Source of the DNA: Octopus vulgaris
Taxonomy: Eukaryota
Reading direction: 5' to 3'
DNA length: 64,000 bases
Assembly: GCA_951406725.2 (NCBI GenBank)
Contig: OX597820.1
Coordinates: forward strand, 55,490,001 to 55,554,000
Shown here: positions 26,106-39,524 of the stretch, piece by piece
Layout of the letters: every line of letters begins with the position of its first letter
Numbering within the stretch: position 1 is the stretch's first letter
Notes under the pieces: model-generated
What the model was told of the DNA's origin: nothing
The model's database searches: none
Seen by the model: the letters and a program-made list of their open reading frames with translations, nothing else
Program-made: the position numbers and the translations under genes

Positions 26106-26130
26106 ACATATATGTGTATGTGTGTGTGTG
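25820..26130. repeat. Purine-pyrimidine alternating minisatellite/microsatellite (GTGCATGCGCATGTGTGTATGTGTGAGT)n plus (TA)n
   Basis: Directly visible. Confidence 0.9.
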
Positions 26131-26454
26131 TAATCAAAAGTTCAGTAAGTGAAAGAATAATTGTATACATATCAATTATATGAGTTTACATATATTTAAT
26201 CAGCTTCTTACTTTGTAACTAATTCCCTATATCTCCCTATCTGGATGATTTTAAGTCTATTTATTCACCTGGTCATCTTCCACCTCTCTCCTTTTCTCTA
26301 ACTAGCAACCATTTTAAAATATCTTCCAAGCTTATTTCTCCTCACTCTACTTCACCCAACATCTCTCTCTCTCTCTTCAACTTAAAAAACTGTCTTCTAT
26401 TTCTTTCATTCTTTTCCTTTCTTGTTTTGTATGTGTGTGTGAGTACATATACAT

Positions 26455-26497
<43 letters not shown>

Positions 26498-26895
26498 CAT
26501 ACCATATACACATTTACAAACACACACACATAAACACACACACATATACATAAACACATATGTTCAGAATACCAGTTAAGGGAGAAGAAAACTGCCCAGC
26601 AGCTAATGTCATCTGCACACATAAGCCAAGTCACCAAGACACGCAGCACTATTAAACAACAACACTCACGTGTTAATTAACTGATGTCTGCACATGTAGC
26701 TACACTAGAATGATTGTAGAAAAGTTCTCTCTCTCTCTCTGTCTCTCATACACACACACACATGCACACACATACATACACACACACACACACATGCACA
26801 CACATACATACACACACACACACACATGCATGTGTATAGTGATTTATAAAAGTACTATATGTATAATGTGTATATTAGTAAATATACATTTGCCT

Positions 26896-27297
26896 TACTC
26901 TTTTACTCCTTTACTTGTTTCAGTCATTTGACAGTGGCCATGCTGAAGCACCACCTTTAGTCGAGCAAACTGACCCCAGGATTTATTCTTTGTAAGCCTT
27001 AGTACTTATTCTATCGGTCTCCTTTGCCGAACTGCTAAGTTATGGGGACGTAAACACACTAGCATCGGTTGTCAAGCGATGTTGGGGTGACGAACAGACA
27101 CACAAACATATACACACACATACATATATATATACATATATACGACGGGCTTTTTTCAGTTTCCGTCTACCAAATCCCCTCACAAGGCTTTGGTCGGCCC
27201 GAGGCTATAGTAGAAGACACTTGCCCAAGGTGCCACACAGTGGGACTGAACCCAGAACCATGTGGTTCGTAAGCAAGCTACTTACCACACAGCCGAC
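26896..27297 (-). mobile_element. SINE family A, near full length
   Basis: Reverse complement of 22359..22745. Confidence 0.88.
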
Positions 27298-27904
27298 TGT
27301 AGTTAAACCAGTTTTTATTTTCCTCTCAGTGACCAGGGAGGGAGAGCAGCCACTAATTCTCTTTTCTAAGCGAGAAAGTACAGGAAAAGTTCCTATTAAA
27401 GAGCAAACCACTGTAGCTATTAGTTATTGGGTTGTAGAAATGCTTTGATAGGATTCCACATTCTGTAGTCTATATAATAAAACTGGGTGTAAATGAAGGG
27501 TTTTCCAGAGTTATGTAAGCCATATACAAAGATGCTCTTGGCCAGGTGAGTTAACAATGAGTGCATTAAAGAATATAGTGTGCATGTATGTTTCCATCAG
27601 GACTTGGTTCTCAGCTCTGTCCTGTTAGATATAGTTGTCTAGGCCATGGCCTGGACAACAGAAGAGGTTATGGTCAACTGTCCATGAGAATGCTTGTATA
27701 CTAATGACCTACATGTAGCCAAACATGTCAAAGAATTAGGGAAAATATTTCAAAGAGGAGCAGAGCCTGGAATGGTGTTTCTGAAGGTGAGTTACATGCT
27801 ACCAGTGAGGCATAGGATTTCAGAATGGAGTGTTAGTAAATAAAGCAGAAGATGAGTTGATAGGGTGATGGGCCACACATTCCAGAACAGATGGTGTGGT
27901 CAGT

Positions 27905-28330
27905 TGCACCCTGTGGTAATGACCACAATGGTGTTTCTGTGGAGAATGGCCAGCAAAACTTGTTGTAGCACCCAATCTACCTTGTGGGGTTCATTTCTTA
28001 GACAGGCTGCTGTTGTCCCAATTTTGCAGAGGCAATCAGTAGCACAGGGTCCAAGAACATTTGACATCTTGATGGTGATTGGCATAAGCTGATAGCGGCT
28101 GGTTGGGCCCCTGCATTTATTGATTTTTCTCCACTCCACATTACAGGCAGCAACACCTGAGTTTGCAACCAATGCAAAGCAAGGTAGAAGCTGGAGAATG
28201 TGTTACTGCATGTCGCATCCCAGACTATGGATCTGCCTCCCTTGAAGGCCATTAGACTGAGTTTCAAAAATCTACTCAATACAGATACAACAACATTTTA
28301 CCGGTCACTGATGGTCCAGAGCCCCTCATA
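27905..28330 (-). pseudogene. CRE-like non-LTR retrotransposon C-terminal restriction-like endonuclease relic
   Basis: Pieces AFKGGRSIVWDATC..AACNVEWRKINK..VLGPCATDCL..WVLQQVLLAILHRN resemble the WD.T..AE..K..KY..QR.S.AIQRGN pattern. Confidence 0.6.
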
Positions 28331-28555
28331 ATCTGCACTAATTTATGAGCAGGAACTACAAATTCCTGTGATCATCAGACTAGTACCATGCACAGTGCAG
28401 TACTAATAAACTTGTATCATTTATACCGATGTACAGATACCTATATTTTGCTTAATTTCATTCTTTCAACTTTGTCTTGTTTCAGTCATTGCACTGTGGT
28501 CATGCTGGGGCAATGCTTTGAATAATTGAAATAAATTTAATATTTGTTTCATTTA

Positions 28556-28742
28556 AGGCAGCGAGCTGGCAGAAATGTTAGCATGGAATGGCTGTGTGGT
28601 AAGTAGCTTGCTAACCAACCACATGGTTCCGGGTTCAGTCCCACTGCTTGGCATCTTGGGCAAGTGTCTTCTGCTATAGCCTCGGGTCGACGAAAGCCTT
28701 GTGAGTGGATTTGGTAGACGGAAACTGAAAGAAGCCTGTCGT
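28556..28742 (+). mobile_element. SINE B head fragment followed by SINE A 5' half
   Basis: GGCAGCGAGCTGGCAGAA then GGCTGTGTGGTAAGTAGCTTGC..GAAGCCTGTCG. Confidence 0.8.
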
Positions 28743-29310
28743 ATCATCATCATCATTGTTTAACGTCCGCTTTCCATGCTAGCATGGGTTGGACGGTTCA
28801 ACTGGGGTCTGGCAAGCCCGAAGGCTGCACCAGGCCAGTCAGATCTGGCAGTGTTTCTACAGCTGGATGCCCTTCCTAACGCCAACCACTCCGAGAGTGT
28901 AGTGGGTGATTTTATGTGCCACCGACACAGGTGCCAGACGAGGCTGGCAGACGGCCACGCTCGGATGGTGTTTTTTATGTGCCACCGACACAGGTGCCAG
29001 ACGAGGCTGGCAGATGGCCACGCTCGGATGGTGTTTTTTATGTGCCACCGACACAGGTGCCAGACGAGGCTGGCAGATGGCCACGCTCGGATGGTGTTTA
29101 TGTGCCACCGGCACTGGTACCACAAGGATACAAATTCCATTGATGTTCATCTATTTTGATTTGGTTTGATTTGATTTGATTTGATTTGATTTTCACTTGC
29201 CTCAACAGGTCTTCACAAGTGTCACAAGAAGGAAGGTATGCACAGGTGGACTGACTACGTCCCAGGTAGGGGCCACGGATTATGGCTTCACTAGTCTTGC
29301 CGGGTCTTCT
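28743..29310 (-). mobile_element. RTE-type 3' UTR copy with 3 x 63-bp tandem array (28913..29113)
   Basis: Near-identical units TATGTGCCACCGACACAGGTGCCAGACGAGGCTGGCAGATGGCCACGCTCGGATGGTGTTTTT. Confidence 0.85.
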
Positions 29311-29559
29311 TACGCACAGCTCTTTCTTCCATCCTCTTCAATTTTGATGTGTCTCACCTTCCTTATCCTACCTTAAACACATCAACCAAAAGTTCTGCTC
29401 CTTGAACTGTTACAGAGAAACGCCTTCCATTCCCAAGGCTTTCCAGCTGACATTAAACTACAATTATTCAATGTAATCATCAGCTTCACTGTTCTTTCCA
29501 AGGCTTCCCATCCCTGCTTTTCTTTCTTTTCTTTTTTTTTACCCTTGTTTTTGTCATTA

Positions 29560-29850
29560 GACTGTAATAATGCTGAGACACCAACTTGAAGAGACACAGA
29601 CACAGCAACACCGGTAGTCAAGCAGTGGTGGGGGAGTAAACACAGAGACAAAGACACACATAGATTTATGTATATTTAATACACACACACACATGGCAGG
29701 CTTCTTTCAGTTTCTGTCTACCAAATCTACTGACAAGGCTTTGGTTGGCCCTGGGCTACAGAAGAAGACACTTGCTCAAGGGGCTATGCAATAATACCAG
29801 GACCATGAGGTTGGGTAGCAAATTTCTTACCACACAGTCACACCTGACTT
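29560..29850 (-). mobile_element. SINE family A, diverged
   Basis: CTTCTTTCAGTTTCTGTCTACCAAAT..GAAGACACTTGC. Confidence 0.7.
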
Positions 29851-30384
29851 ATATATAAAAAAAATTTCAATATTTTTGAGCTGTACCTGTTTGGCAAGTC
29901 AATTAACCAGAGAGTATGTAGTGAAACTGAAACTATTACATGGTAAAAGAGATATTTTGGCCATTTAAGAACACACAAAAACTGTTGTATTCAATTTTTG
30001 CTTATTTCTTCAAAGTAACATTTATTATCACAGAAGTTGCAGTATCAACCACACCATCAGATGCTGTTAAACACCACTGCTGACAATGCGCTTCCAGTTC
30101 TATCCTAGTTGCACTATTGTTTTCCACCTTGACCAAATTGTCTTCCTATTATCCCGAAGGCCTTTCAAGTGTTGTTTTCCCATATCTTGGATGCCATTCG
30201 GCAACTACATGACCCTTTGTGTTGTGGCCAATCAGTATTCTGTTCTCTTTGTAGCTGATTGTGTTTCACCTGTATATAAGAATGCAGGTAGGATGCGGAT
30301 ATTGCTTTCAGTACTCTGCAATCATTGTTGACTCCACTCCATTCTTGAATAACCTCATTTTAAATCTGCTCTCTTAATGATATT

Positions 30385-31010
30385 CCTAGCTGTGCAAAGA
30401 ATTGCTGATCTCCAACTGTGGAGAGAACCTGTGGTAGAGATGGACCCAGGAAGACATGGGATGAGGTGGTGAAGCATGATCTTCAAACTTTGGGCTTCAC
30501 AGAGGCAATGACTAGTGATCAAGACCATTGGTGATATGCTGTGCTTGAGAGACCAGTCAAGCTAAGCGAAAGCATAGTAGCGGCTGATGCTAGTGTCATG
30601 TAACTGGCACATAAAAAGCACCTTTCAAGCATTGGGCCTCACAGAGGCAAAGTAGCCAATGCTGGTGGCACATGAAAAGCTCCTTTCAAGTGCTGGGCCT
30701 CATGGAGGCAATGCAAAATGACTGAAACCTTTGGCATTATGTTGTGCATGAGAAGAAAACCCATTAAGCCAAGTGAAATCACAGTCATGGCAGTGACCGG
30801 TATCATGCAAATGGCACCCATGCCGGTAGCACGTAAAAGCACTTGTTACACTCTCAGAGTGGTTGGCATTAGGAAGGGCATCCAGTTGTAGAAACCATAC
30901 TAAATCATACTGGAGTCTGGTGCAGCCTTCCAGCTTGCCAGCCTTAGTCAAACCATCCAACCCATGCCAGTATGGACAATGACCATTGAATGATGAAGAT
31001 GATGATGATG
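30385..31010 (+). mobile_element. RTE-clade 3' fragment
   Basis: GRPRKTWDEVVKHDL-like coding remnant plus the same 3' UTR and (GAT)n. Confidence 0.78.
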
Positions 31011-31184
31011 AGGAATCTTTGCATGACCCTTTGCATGATTGTAGCAAATCCATGTTCTACCTCTTTGTAGTAGCCAACATCTCACTTGCATATAAGAGCA
31101 TGGGTAGGACAGTGTTATAGTAACTATTGTGAAGAATCAAAAGGTTTGTTTTACTTCTACAAACTGCTTTATTGATACAAGTCA

Positions 31185-31510
31185 CATGGCTCAGTGATTA
31201 GGGCATTAAGTTTACGGCTGTGAGATTGTGAGTTTGATGTCCCAGACCAGGCTGTGTGCTGTGTTCTTGAGCAAGACACTTTATTTCATGTTCTTCAGTT
31301 CACTCAGCTGTAGAAATGAGTTGTGGTGTCACTGGTGCCAAACTGTATAGGTCTTTGCCTTTCGCTTGGATAACATTAGTGGCATGGAGAGGGGAGGCTG
31401 GTATGCATTGGTGACTGCTGTTCTTCCATAAAACAACCTTGCTGGACTTGTGCCTCGGAGGGTAATTTTCTAGGTGCAATCCCATGGTCATTCATGACCA
31501 AAGAGGGTCT
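31185..31510 (+). mobile_element. SINE family C1
   Basis: tRNA head, TTCTTGAGCAAGACACTTTAT, GGTCATTCATGACC tail. Confidence 0.8.
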
Positions 31511-32833
31511 TTATTTATATAATTCCAAGTGCAATGCAATCATGAGCATAACTTGCTTGCAGAAGTGCAAGGAAACTTTTTGATATTAAGAAAACAAAAA
31601 GAGAATATAACAGTTTTGTATATTATTAAATGGCTATTATGACTTTTGACAATGCAATTACTCCAATATTCACTGTAAACAATCTCATATATTTACATTT
31701 TATTTATATAACCACAGGTATGGCTGTGTGGTAAGAAGTTTACTTCCCAACCACATAGTTCCAGGTTCAGTCCCACTGCATGACACATTGGGCAAGTGTC
31801 TTTTGCTGAACTACTAAATTTCATGGACATAAATACACCAACACAAACACCTAAGTCTATATCTTATGCACAGAATATCATAAGGCTATAATATTTCATG
31901 AACATAATACAGCAATATTTCTTGTATATGATACCATATGCTTATATTTTCTATATACAATATGATATAGCTGAAACCAATACACAAAGAAGAGCACGTG
32001 TAAGAAAATAGTGTGAAAATGGAAGCATATCCATGAGGCTGTACCACCACCACCACCACTACCACCACCATCCTCTCCACTGTCACCATCAACATCAGCA
32101 CTGCCAGGACTGAAAACACAGAAAATTCAACAGATGGCAACAACAGTAATGCACGCTGTAGTGATAATTAAACAATTATGCATTTCACTGTTGGCTGCGT
32201 CTCAATACAATTATTGTAATACTACAATTGCAACAAATGTGACAAAAAATAAATAAATAAATAAATAAAGGAAGAGAAGAATAAATGAAAACAAACAGCA
32301 ACAAAAGTAACATTCTAACAGAGAAGAAATATGCAAAGATGAGTTAAACAGATTGCTGACATAACAGTCCCAAACTGAATGCATAGCCATGAGGAAAGGA
32401 AAATTTGAAATGATGAAGATTCTGAAATTAGCATCATTAATTTAATTCACATGCAAATACACACATACACACACACACAAACACAAATGTACATGCATAC
32501 ACACTATGCATGTGTACATGCATACACATACACACAAATTGTTAGGAAATATTTTAAGACTTATTTTTTTCAAAGAAATTATATTGTCTCGTTTGTACAA
32601 AACATGCTTGGTAAATCACATGGTTTACTTGTGCTAATTAAGAAACTCATTTCAGTTACATGGTTTCAGCAAGATAATTGGAAGGGTCTGTTGTTCACAT
32701 GACTGATGGGAATTAAAGATAATGTAGGAGTAGACACGTGAATGAGAATCAGTGTTCACAGATAAGGTAAGGTCCCAGTAAACTAAGTCGGTGATCCTGC
32801 TTTTGACTTGTGGTTGTGGGTACTTTACTTTAC

Positions 32834-33062
32834 TTAACCCTTTCGTTACCAACCCGGCTGAAACCGGCTCTGGCTCTGTAGTACAAATGCCTTGTTTTCA
32901 TAAGTTATGAAATAAAATCTTCCACCAAACCTTAGTCACAATTTATGTTCCTAACACTAGCTTAATGATAACTAAGTTATTTCACGAAATTCTTTGTTAT
33001 ATTTAATGTAATTGAAAGAAACACAGAACCCCTCAAAATAAATTCAGTAACGAAAGGGTTAA
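32834..33062. mobile_element. piggyBac-type MITE
   Basis: TTAA target duplication; perfect TIR CCCTTTCGTTAC/GTAACGAAAGGG. Confidence 0.9.
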
Positions 33063-33128
33063 GTGGCCAACTCTAAAAATAGCACTTACCAAATCCATCA
33101 TTTCCCTTCTCACTAGCTACACAAAAGA

Positions 33129-33452
33129 TTAATCCTTTGGCATTAAGATTACTCTGTCAAATGTAATGCTTATATAGTCATATTGTTTTGAATTAATCAT
33201 GCATTATCTTGTAGCTTCAAGATTTTGATGGTGTGAATGTTTATTTTTAAAATCACAGTGTAGGGTAGATGTGAGAGGTAAGATCTGGTTCATTTGAAAA
33301 GAAAACAGGTGGAAGATTTGGGCCAGATATAGCCAGTTCATCCCTTTAGCATTTAAACTGGTCATATCCAGCCAAAATAATCTACCTGTTTTATCTTTAA
33401 GCTAACCAGATCTGGCCTCTCACACTTCCCTTACAATATTATTCTAAAAAAA
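33129..33452. mobile_element. Two oppositely oriented copies of a TTAA/CCCTTTAGCATT MITE (further copies 44717..44938, 47536..48225, 49415..49656)
   Basis: Shared CAGATTACTCTGTCAAATGTAATGCTTAT and CAGATCTGGCCTCTCACAC segments. Confidence 0.7.
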
Positions 33453-33454
33453 AT

Positions 33455-33815
33455 GACGCTGCCGTGGTGATCTCATTCTCGCTCACAGCATCATAAGCGG
33501 AAAGTGTAACCTCTCGAAAGAGCTGTTCTTCACTCCTGCTCCAGAGCATCGGCTGCGGGAGCACTCCGAAAAGCTATATCTGCGACGATTTCATCTCAAT
33601 CGAAGGAGAGGGGCTTTCTCTGTCCGGGTTGTGGATCCGTAGAATAAGCTGCCGGACGAGATAGTGAAGATGCCGATGACCGCTCAGTTCAAAGTCTCTC
33701 TTGACCAGAAATGGCCTGAACTCTTTGCATGAACATCTTCCCTGTACATAACTCCATGTCCCCCTACATAGCCTTGCTTTTTGCTTTTTGAGCCAAAAAA
33801 TTAACTTAACTTAAC
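33455..33815 (+). mobile_element. CR1/L2-type LINE 3' fragment with (TTAAC)n tail
   Basis: EHSEKLYLRRFHLNRRRGAFSVRVVDP*NKLPDEIV matches the RGH..KL..FS.RVV..WN.LP C-terminal motif. Confidence 0.75.
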
Positions 33816-34110
33816 TATAAACAGTCATGTCATTGCTATTCAAAAGAATGGCCCAATTACAACCTTAGGGTGGTAAATCTAACATACCACTCACTTTATA
33901 ACATGATTTGGTCCTAGGATGCCTAGAGCTGAGTTCACTTTGTTGTAAGCCTTCAGCTTTGACTCTGGTTCACTCCCTACTTGCACTTTTCTGGTAGATT
34001 TACAATCTCATTAGTTTTGAAAATCACAATTTCATGTAATTTAATTAAATGAAAGCATGTTTTCATTTAATTAAATTATGCTACAATAATTACATTATTA
34101 TGTTTTGTTA

Positions 34111-34305
34111 AGGGACGGAGCTGGCAGAATTATTTGTATGCTGGGCAAGATGCTTAGTAGCATATCATCTGTCTTTATGTTCTGTGCTGAAATTCCACTG
34201 CCTTTCATCCTTTTGCGGGGTCGATAAAATAAGCACTATTGGGGTCAATGTAAACGACTTGCCCTCTCCCCTAAAATTGCTGGCCTTGTGCCAAAATTTG
34301 AAATC
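34111..34305 (+). mobile_element. SINE family B
   Basis: GCCTTTCATCCTTTT..GGGTCGATAAAAT; GGCCTTGTGCCAAAATTTGAAA tail. Confidence 0.75.
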
Positions 34306-34999
34306 TGGGTCCATTCTGTAGTGTTGTTTAGTTGCAGGTCAACCCTTATCCAGAAAATCTATAAATAAAGAGTGCTCCAGTTGTGACCATCCCATGTGGC
34401 CATTGTATATCTAGGATTATGTCATCTAATGAGTCATTAATTTTGTAAGTTAGTAGGATGCAATTTGAAGATTTAGTTGGTGGTGTTGATATTATTGCAC
34501 TAAAATAATGTTACTGGTGGAACGATAATGTTGTTTAACCCCAGGTTAGTCCTAATTAGGCAGACCTAAGATCAAATGTGTTCCATCTTTCGTATTCAAA
34601 ACTATGTGGTGTATTGAGGGCTATATTACCCAATGTGCTCTTCCATTTAAAAAATTTTGTCATAATTGTGGGAGAAGAAAATCCCAAAACCCCAGTTTTT
34701 AGTAATATGACAGTCATAATAATACAGTTGGTAGGTTGAAATGGTTGACCCTTCTTGGAATTGCCTTCATATTCCGCCATAGTAAATAAAGTAGAAAAAA
34801 AACTTTTTATTTTTTACACTTTTATTGCCAGGATTGTGGCATGAGCTAAACCAAAGGTCCAGTCTTCAGTTTTGTGATTGCATTAACAAAATAGTCTTGG
34901 TGTTTTTAATATAATATTAGGAAGGGCATCCAGCTATAGAGAGAGAGAGAGAGAGAGACAGCGCCACCGCCACCACCACCGCCGCAACCACTGCCACCA

Positions 35000-35210
35000 C
35001 CACCATTTAACATCTGCTATCCATGCTAGCATGGGTTGGATGATTTGACTGAGGTCTGGCAAACCAGATGGCTGCACCAGGCTCCAATCTGATCTGGCAG
35101 AGTTTCTACAGCCAGATTCCTTTCCTAACGCTAACCACTCCAAGAGTGTAGTGGGTGCTTTTACGTGCCACCGGCACGAGGGCCAGTCAAGCGGTACTGG
35201 CAATGGCAAA
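35000..35210 (-). mobile_element. RTE-type 3' UTR fragment
   Basis: CCATGCTAGCATGGGTTGG..GGTGCTTTTACGTGCCACCGGCAC. Confidence 0.8.
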
Positions 35211-36192
35211 TATAGAAATGTATTTCTATTTGTTTACTTTTCCCAGTGAAGCTTATAATTTAAGAGCTTTATACACCACACACACATACATGGATGTCCT
35301 TATGAATGAAATTTCCGTATATGTTTATAGGCAGATATGTATCTGTTTGTGTGTACATGCATGTATGTATTTTGAATGTATGTGTGTGTATATAATCAAA
35401 CTGTATGTAAATGTGTGTGCATGTGTATGGGTGGAAGGGTGAGTGTATGCATATACATATATATATATGATCATATTTTTAGTTTTCATAAATATAGTAC
35501 CTACTACTGTTTCATATTTATCTGTGATCCTCTTCCCCACTCCTCAGCACTCATCACTGACTATTACACAGTCTGCCTTCATTTTGCACACCACTCCTTA
35601 CATTCTAGTTCTCACAGAGCATCAAAACCTTTTAATTATATCTTTTTTTCAACAAACTTTCACAAATCCATCATTTCAACCATTCCTGCCAGCACATTCT
35701 TCCATACCACACTGCAGTTGGTCTTGATATCATGTTTATGCTTCTGTGCCATCTCCAAAGTATAGTTATGTCTTTATTTTCTACTACTATGGCAAGCTTT
35801 CGTTCCCATCAATTCTTCTTGTAGTCCAAACTGATGGCGTATGATCTAGCATAAATACTGACCAAGTCTATCATGGCATAAGTATACACAGTTGAAGCGA
35901 ACATAGAGCACCCAGAGATGAAGTGGTCATTTGTTTCTCTGATTGTACCTCAGAAGTGACAAGTAGGATCAGCACCATTTTTAAGAATGTTGGCTGCATA
36001 ATTTTTAGTAAGCAGGTGGCATAGTCAGATAATAGCAGTAATAATGGTCCTTCCAACTAAAAGTACAAAGCCTGAAATCTTGGGGGAGAGGCTAGTCGAT
36101 TATATCGACACCAGTGTGTAACTGGTACTTATTTCATTGATCCCTAAAGGATGAAAGGCAAAGTCAACCTCAGCATGATAATTATTATTATT

Positions 36193-36400
36193 ATTATTAA
36201 CTCCGCCTTTGCTAAGGCAGAGGTATTGTTTTCAGTCGTGTTTGTTTGTTTGTCTGTGGATAAGATATCTCAAGAACCATTGGATGGATTTGGATGAAAT
36301 TTTCAGGGATGTTTGGCCTCGAGACTGACATGAACTGATTATATTATCGGAATTGATCCGATACTGAACAAGGATTCTGGATTATTTTTTTTGTTTTTCT
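36193..36400 (+). mobile_element. Helentron/HINE-like non-autonomous fragment
   Basis: CTCCGCCTT..AAGGCAGAGG sub-terminal hairpin, (GTTT)n, GGATTTGGATGAAATTT motif. Confidence 0.45.
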
Positions 36401-36427
36401 ACTTATATATATATATACATATATATA

Positions 36428-36808
36428 CTAGCAGTATCGCCCGGCGTTGCTCAGGTTTGTAAGGGAAATAACTATATAAGCATTTTTAGAGAATTATAGC
36501 CAAAAAGTAGCAAAAAAATGCATTAAAAATGGGAAAAAAATGGTAAATTTTTTTTTAAATCGTTGACTCATCGTAGACACTTTTAGAGAGTTACTTCCCT
36601 TATATAATAGCGAAAAAATGCATTAAAATGGAAAAAAATTATGGTAAATTTTTTTTTAAATCGTAGACATGCGCTAATACCCAGAAGGGCTCAGTATGAA
36701 TCACGACTATAAGATACCCGTTTTTGGTTAAACTGCACCGCAAAATGTGGGAGTAGTTAGGAATCTAAATCGTAGGAGACAGACACACAACTTGACTTTT
36801 ATATATAA

Positions 36809-36811
<3 letters not shown>
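36428..36811 (-). mobile_element. Non-autonomous Helitron
   Basis: Minus strand begins TC(TTTATATATAAAAG) and ends with hairpin CCTGAGCAACGCCGGG then CTAG; inserted at A|T in (TA)n; internal ~100-bp duplication. Confidence 0.78.
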
Positions 36812-36850
<39 letters not shown>

Positions 36851-36864
36851 GCGTGTAAGTATAT

Positions 36865-37051
36865 GTTTTTGTGTCTGTGTTTGTCCCCCCCACCAACATC
36901 GCTTGACAACCAATGCTGGTTTGTTTATGTCCCCGCAACTTAGCGGTTCGGCAAAAGAGTCCGATAGAATAAGCCCTGGAGTTGATTTGCTTGACTAAAA
37001 GTGATGCTCCAGCATGGCCACAGTCAAATGACTGAAACAAGTAAAAGAGTA
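36865..37051 (+). mobile_element. SINE family A, 3' half
   Basis: TGTGTCTGTGTTTGTCCCCCC..CCAGCATGGCCACAGTCAAATGACTGAAACAAGTAAAAGAG. Confidence 0.82.
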
Positions 37052-37924
37052 ATCCCACGAGTTTGAAACACAGTTTGCTCTTGATAGCCTTTTGTAACTG
37101 CCTCAGCAAGCATTCATGACGTGGTTCTTTTCAAGATAGTCAATAAACACAATGCTTTTTGCATCCCAAATATGAGGCCATCACCTTTCCAGTAGATGAA
37201 ACAGACTTGGCTTTCTTCGGATCAGGTGAGAAGTGTTTCCTCTGTATGGATTGTCTCTTTGTCTTTGGTTCAAAGTGATGAACCCAGCACTCACCCTAGT
37301 TTAGGAAATGTTCAAAGAAACTAGCTGGATCTGCCTCAATAAATGTTAGATTATCCTGTGATGTGATTAACCTAGTATTCTTTTAATCAGTTGTCAGAAA
37401 ATATGGCATCTGCCGAGCAGAAACAATCATCATACCAAGCTCATTGTGCAGAATATTCTCAGCTATCTCACGAGATCTGCTAATAGCATTGATTATTTGA
37501 TCTATAGTCAATTGCCTGTCATCCATCATCATGTGGTGAACACAATCAATGTTTTCCTTGGTGATAAGCAGTTGCAGAATGTCCAGAGCTTGGATCATTT
37601 TCAAAACTCTCCCTTCCCCTCCAAAATTCAGCTGTCCCTTTTCCACTGTTGATAAAGCTGGAGTGTCATCCCCTAATGTCCTTAGGGGATAAATGCGTTT
37701 TCTGCAGGTACTGATGACAGCATGATGTCAAATTTTGTCGATTTCAAAGAGAAGTTGCTACTAGTTGCTTTTGAAGTCTTCTTTGAACAGTCAGATGTCA
37801 GTTTACCAAGAGAGAAACAATGCATTTATTAATAAAGAGAATTGAAATTAATGCATGAAACATTTCACAGCTCTAGCATCACTCCGTATTAGTCAGTGTG
37901 TCAACTTTCTAGCCAACTCTTGTA
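37052..37924 (-). pseudogene. mariner transposase relic (5' part) with one TIR
   Basis: ENIDCVHHMMMDDRQLTIDQI..ILHNELGM..SAR; WVHHFEPKTKRQS; GKVMAS..WDAKSIVFIDYL. Confidence 0.8.
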
Positions 37925-38021
37925 AGGCAATATCTTCTCACTTATCTAAACTTCAAGTAAAACTGAAGAGTTGAAACTTTCACAAATATTTCATATAATT
38001 TCATGTCTAGATTTCTGTGAA

Positions 38022-38355
38022 GGTACATGGCTTAGTGGTTAGAGCATTGGGCTCACAATCATGAGGTAGTGAGTTTGATTCCTGCACTGGGCTGTGGGTT
38101 GTGTTCTTGAGCAAGACACTTTATTCCACATTGCTCTAGTCCGCTCAACTGTAGAAATGAGTTGTAATGTCACTGGTGCCAAGCTGTACTGGCCTTTACC
38201 TTTCTCTTGGATAACATCAGAGGCATACAGAGTGGAGGCTGGTATGCATAAATGACTATTGGTCTTCCATAAACAACCTTGCCCATACTTGTGCCTTGGA
38301 GGGTAACTTTTTAAGTGCAATCCCATGGTCATTCATGACCAAAGGTAGGGTCTTT
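38022..38355 (+). mobile_element. SINE family C1
   Basis: GGTACATGGCTTAGTGGTTAGAGC head; same body as 31185..31510. Confidence 0.82.
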
Positions 38356-39524
38356 ACTCTTTAGTATGCAAGAGTTATCAAGTGATACAAGCCAATGAAC
38401 GACAAAACCATTACTTAGTCTGTGATCTGCTAGAAATAGCAGTAAAATCTCAACCACTTCGTAATCATACCTTACTCCCTTGAAAAAGAATTATATCAGA
38501 AAAAAGAAGGGTTGCAATAGGTACATTTTTGATTACATGTCTATTGAATCATGGCTGATCTGGAGCAAACAATAACCCAGCAACAAACATCAACAAAAAC
38601 CCACCATATTATGGCCATAGCACACTAACAATATTGGTTCTTGTCTGATTACTAGATTTAACCCTTAAACTGTAGAACTGAATTTACTGTTATTCCAGGA
38701 ATGACATTAAATATCTACCGTAAAACACAATTGGTATTTTTTGCGAGTCATGTTGCCCCAGTAAACTTGACATATCTCAACAGAAAATAGTGTCAAACAT
38801 GACATTCCTCGACAAAAGGTAGATTGCTATGTGGCAAGACTTGAAACCAAGTCATCAAATTATGAAGTTTAAGTCATACATAACACAACCTTGTTCATGT
38901 GAGAGATTGAGTTATTGACTAATCAGCAGCCACACTTTATGTGATAGGTTCTTCTAGATCCTTCTGGAATGTCTCAGTATAAATGTCATGTAAAGGTTTG
39001 TTTTTAGTGTCAACTTCAAAAGTGCATGGTAACCTGTGGTCCAGCTCCACACACTCTCTTGCCATTAATAATATTTGCTTTAATGACTTTCTGTTAAAAT
39101 TGGATATATATCGATACAGTTGATTGATATGAATCTATTGTGTATATTTTTTCCTGTCTTGATAAACTTCAGTACAGAACCTTTCTAATCAATTATTTAT
39201 GAATGCAACTGAATTATTCCTTCAATTGTGTTGACTTGGTGTGGGACTTTATAATTCATGACCAACCTCAATATTACCTGTGCAGTGAAATAAAAGTTAC
39301 CGTTAAATGTTTGCTTGGTATTGTCATATCATTCACAAGCAGCCTCACATGCCTATCACTCAAGCAACAGGTATATAAAACTGCTTCATACAGTTAAGAA
39401 TAATAAAATTTCGAGTGGATATACCTGATTTTTACAGTAAAAGGTTTAAGTAACAGTGAGCCTAGTAAGAACATAGATGAATGTATGAACACTTAGGAAA
39501 TCTAGGTGCCATTAACGAATAAAC

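Noticed and set aside
28913-29113. CRISPR-like appearance of regularly spaced repeats
   Set aside because: Whole 63-bp units are near identical with no unique spacers; eukaryotic retroelement context; no cas genes
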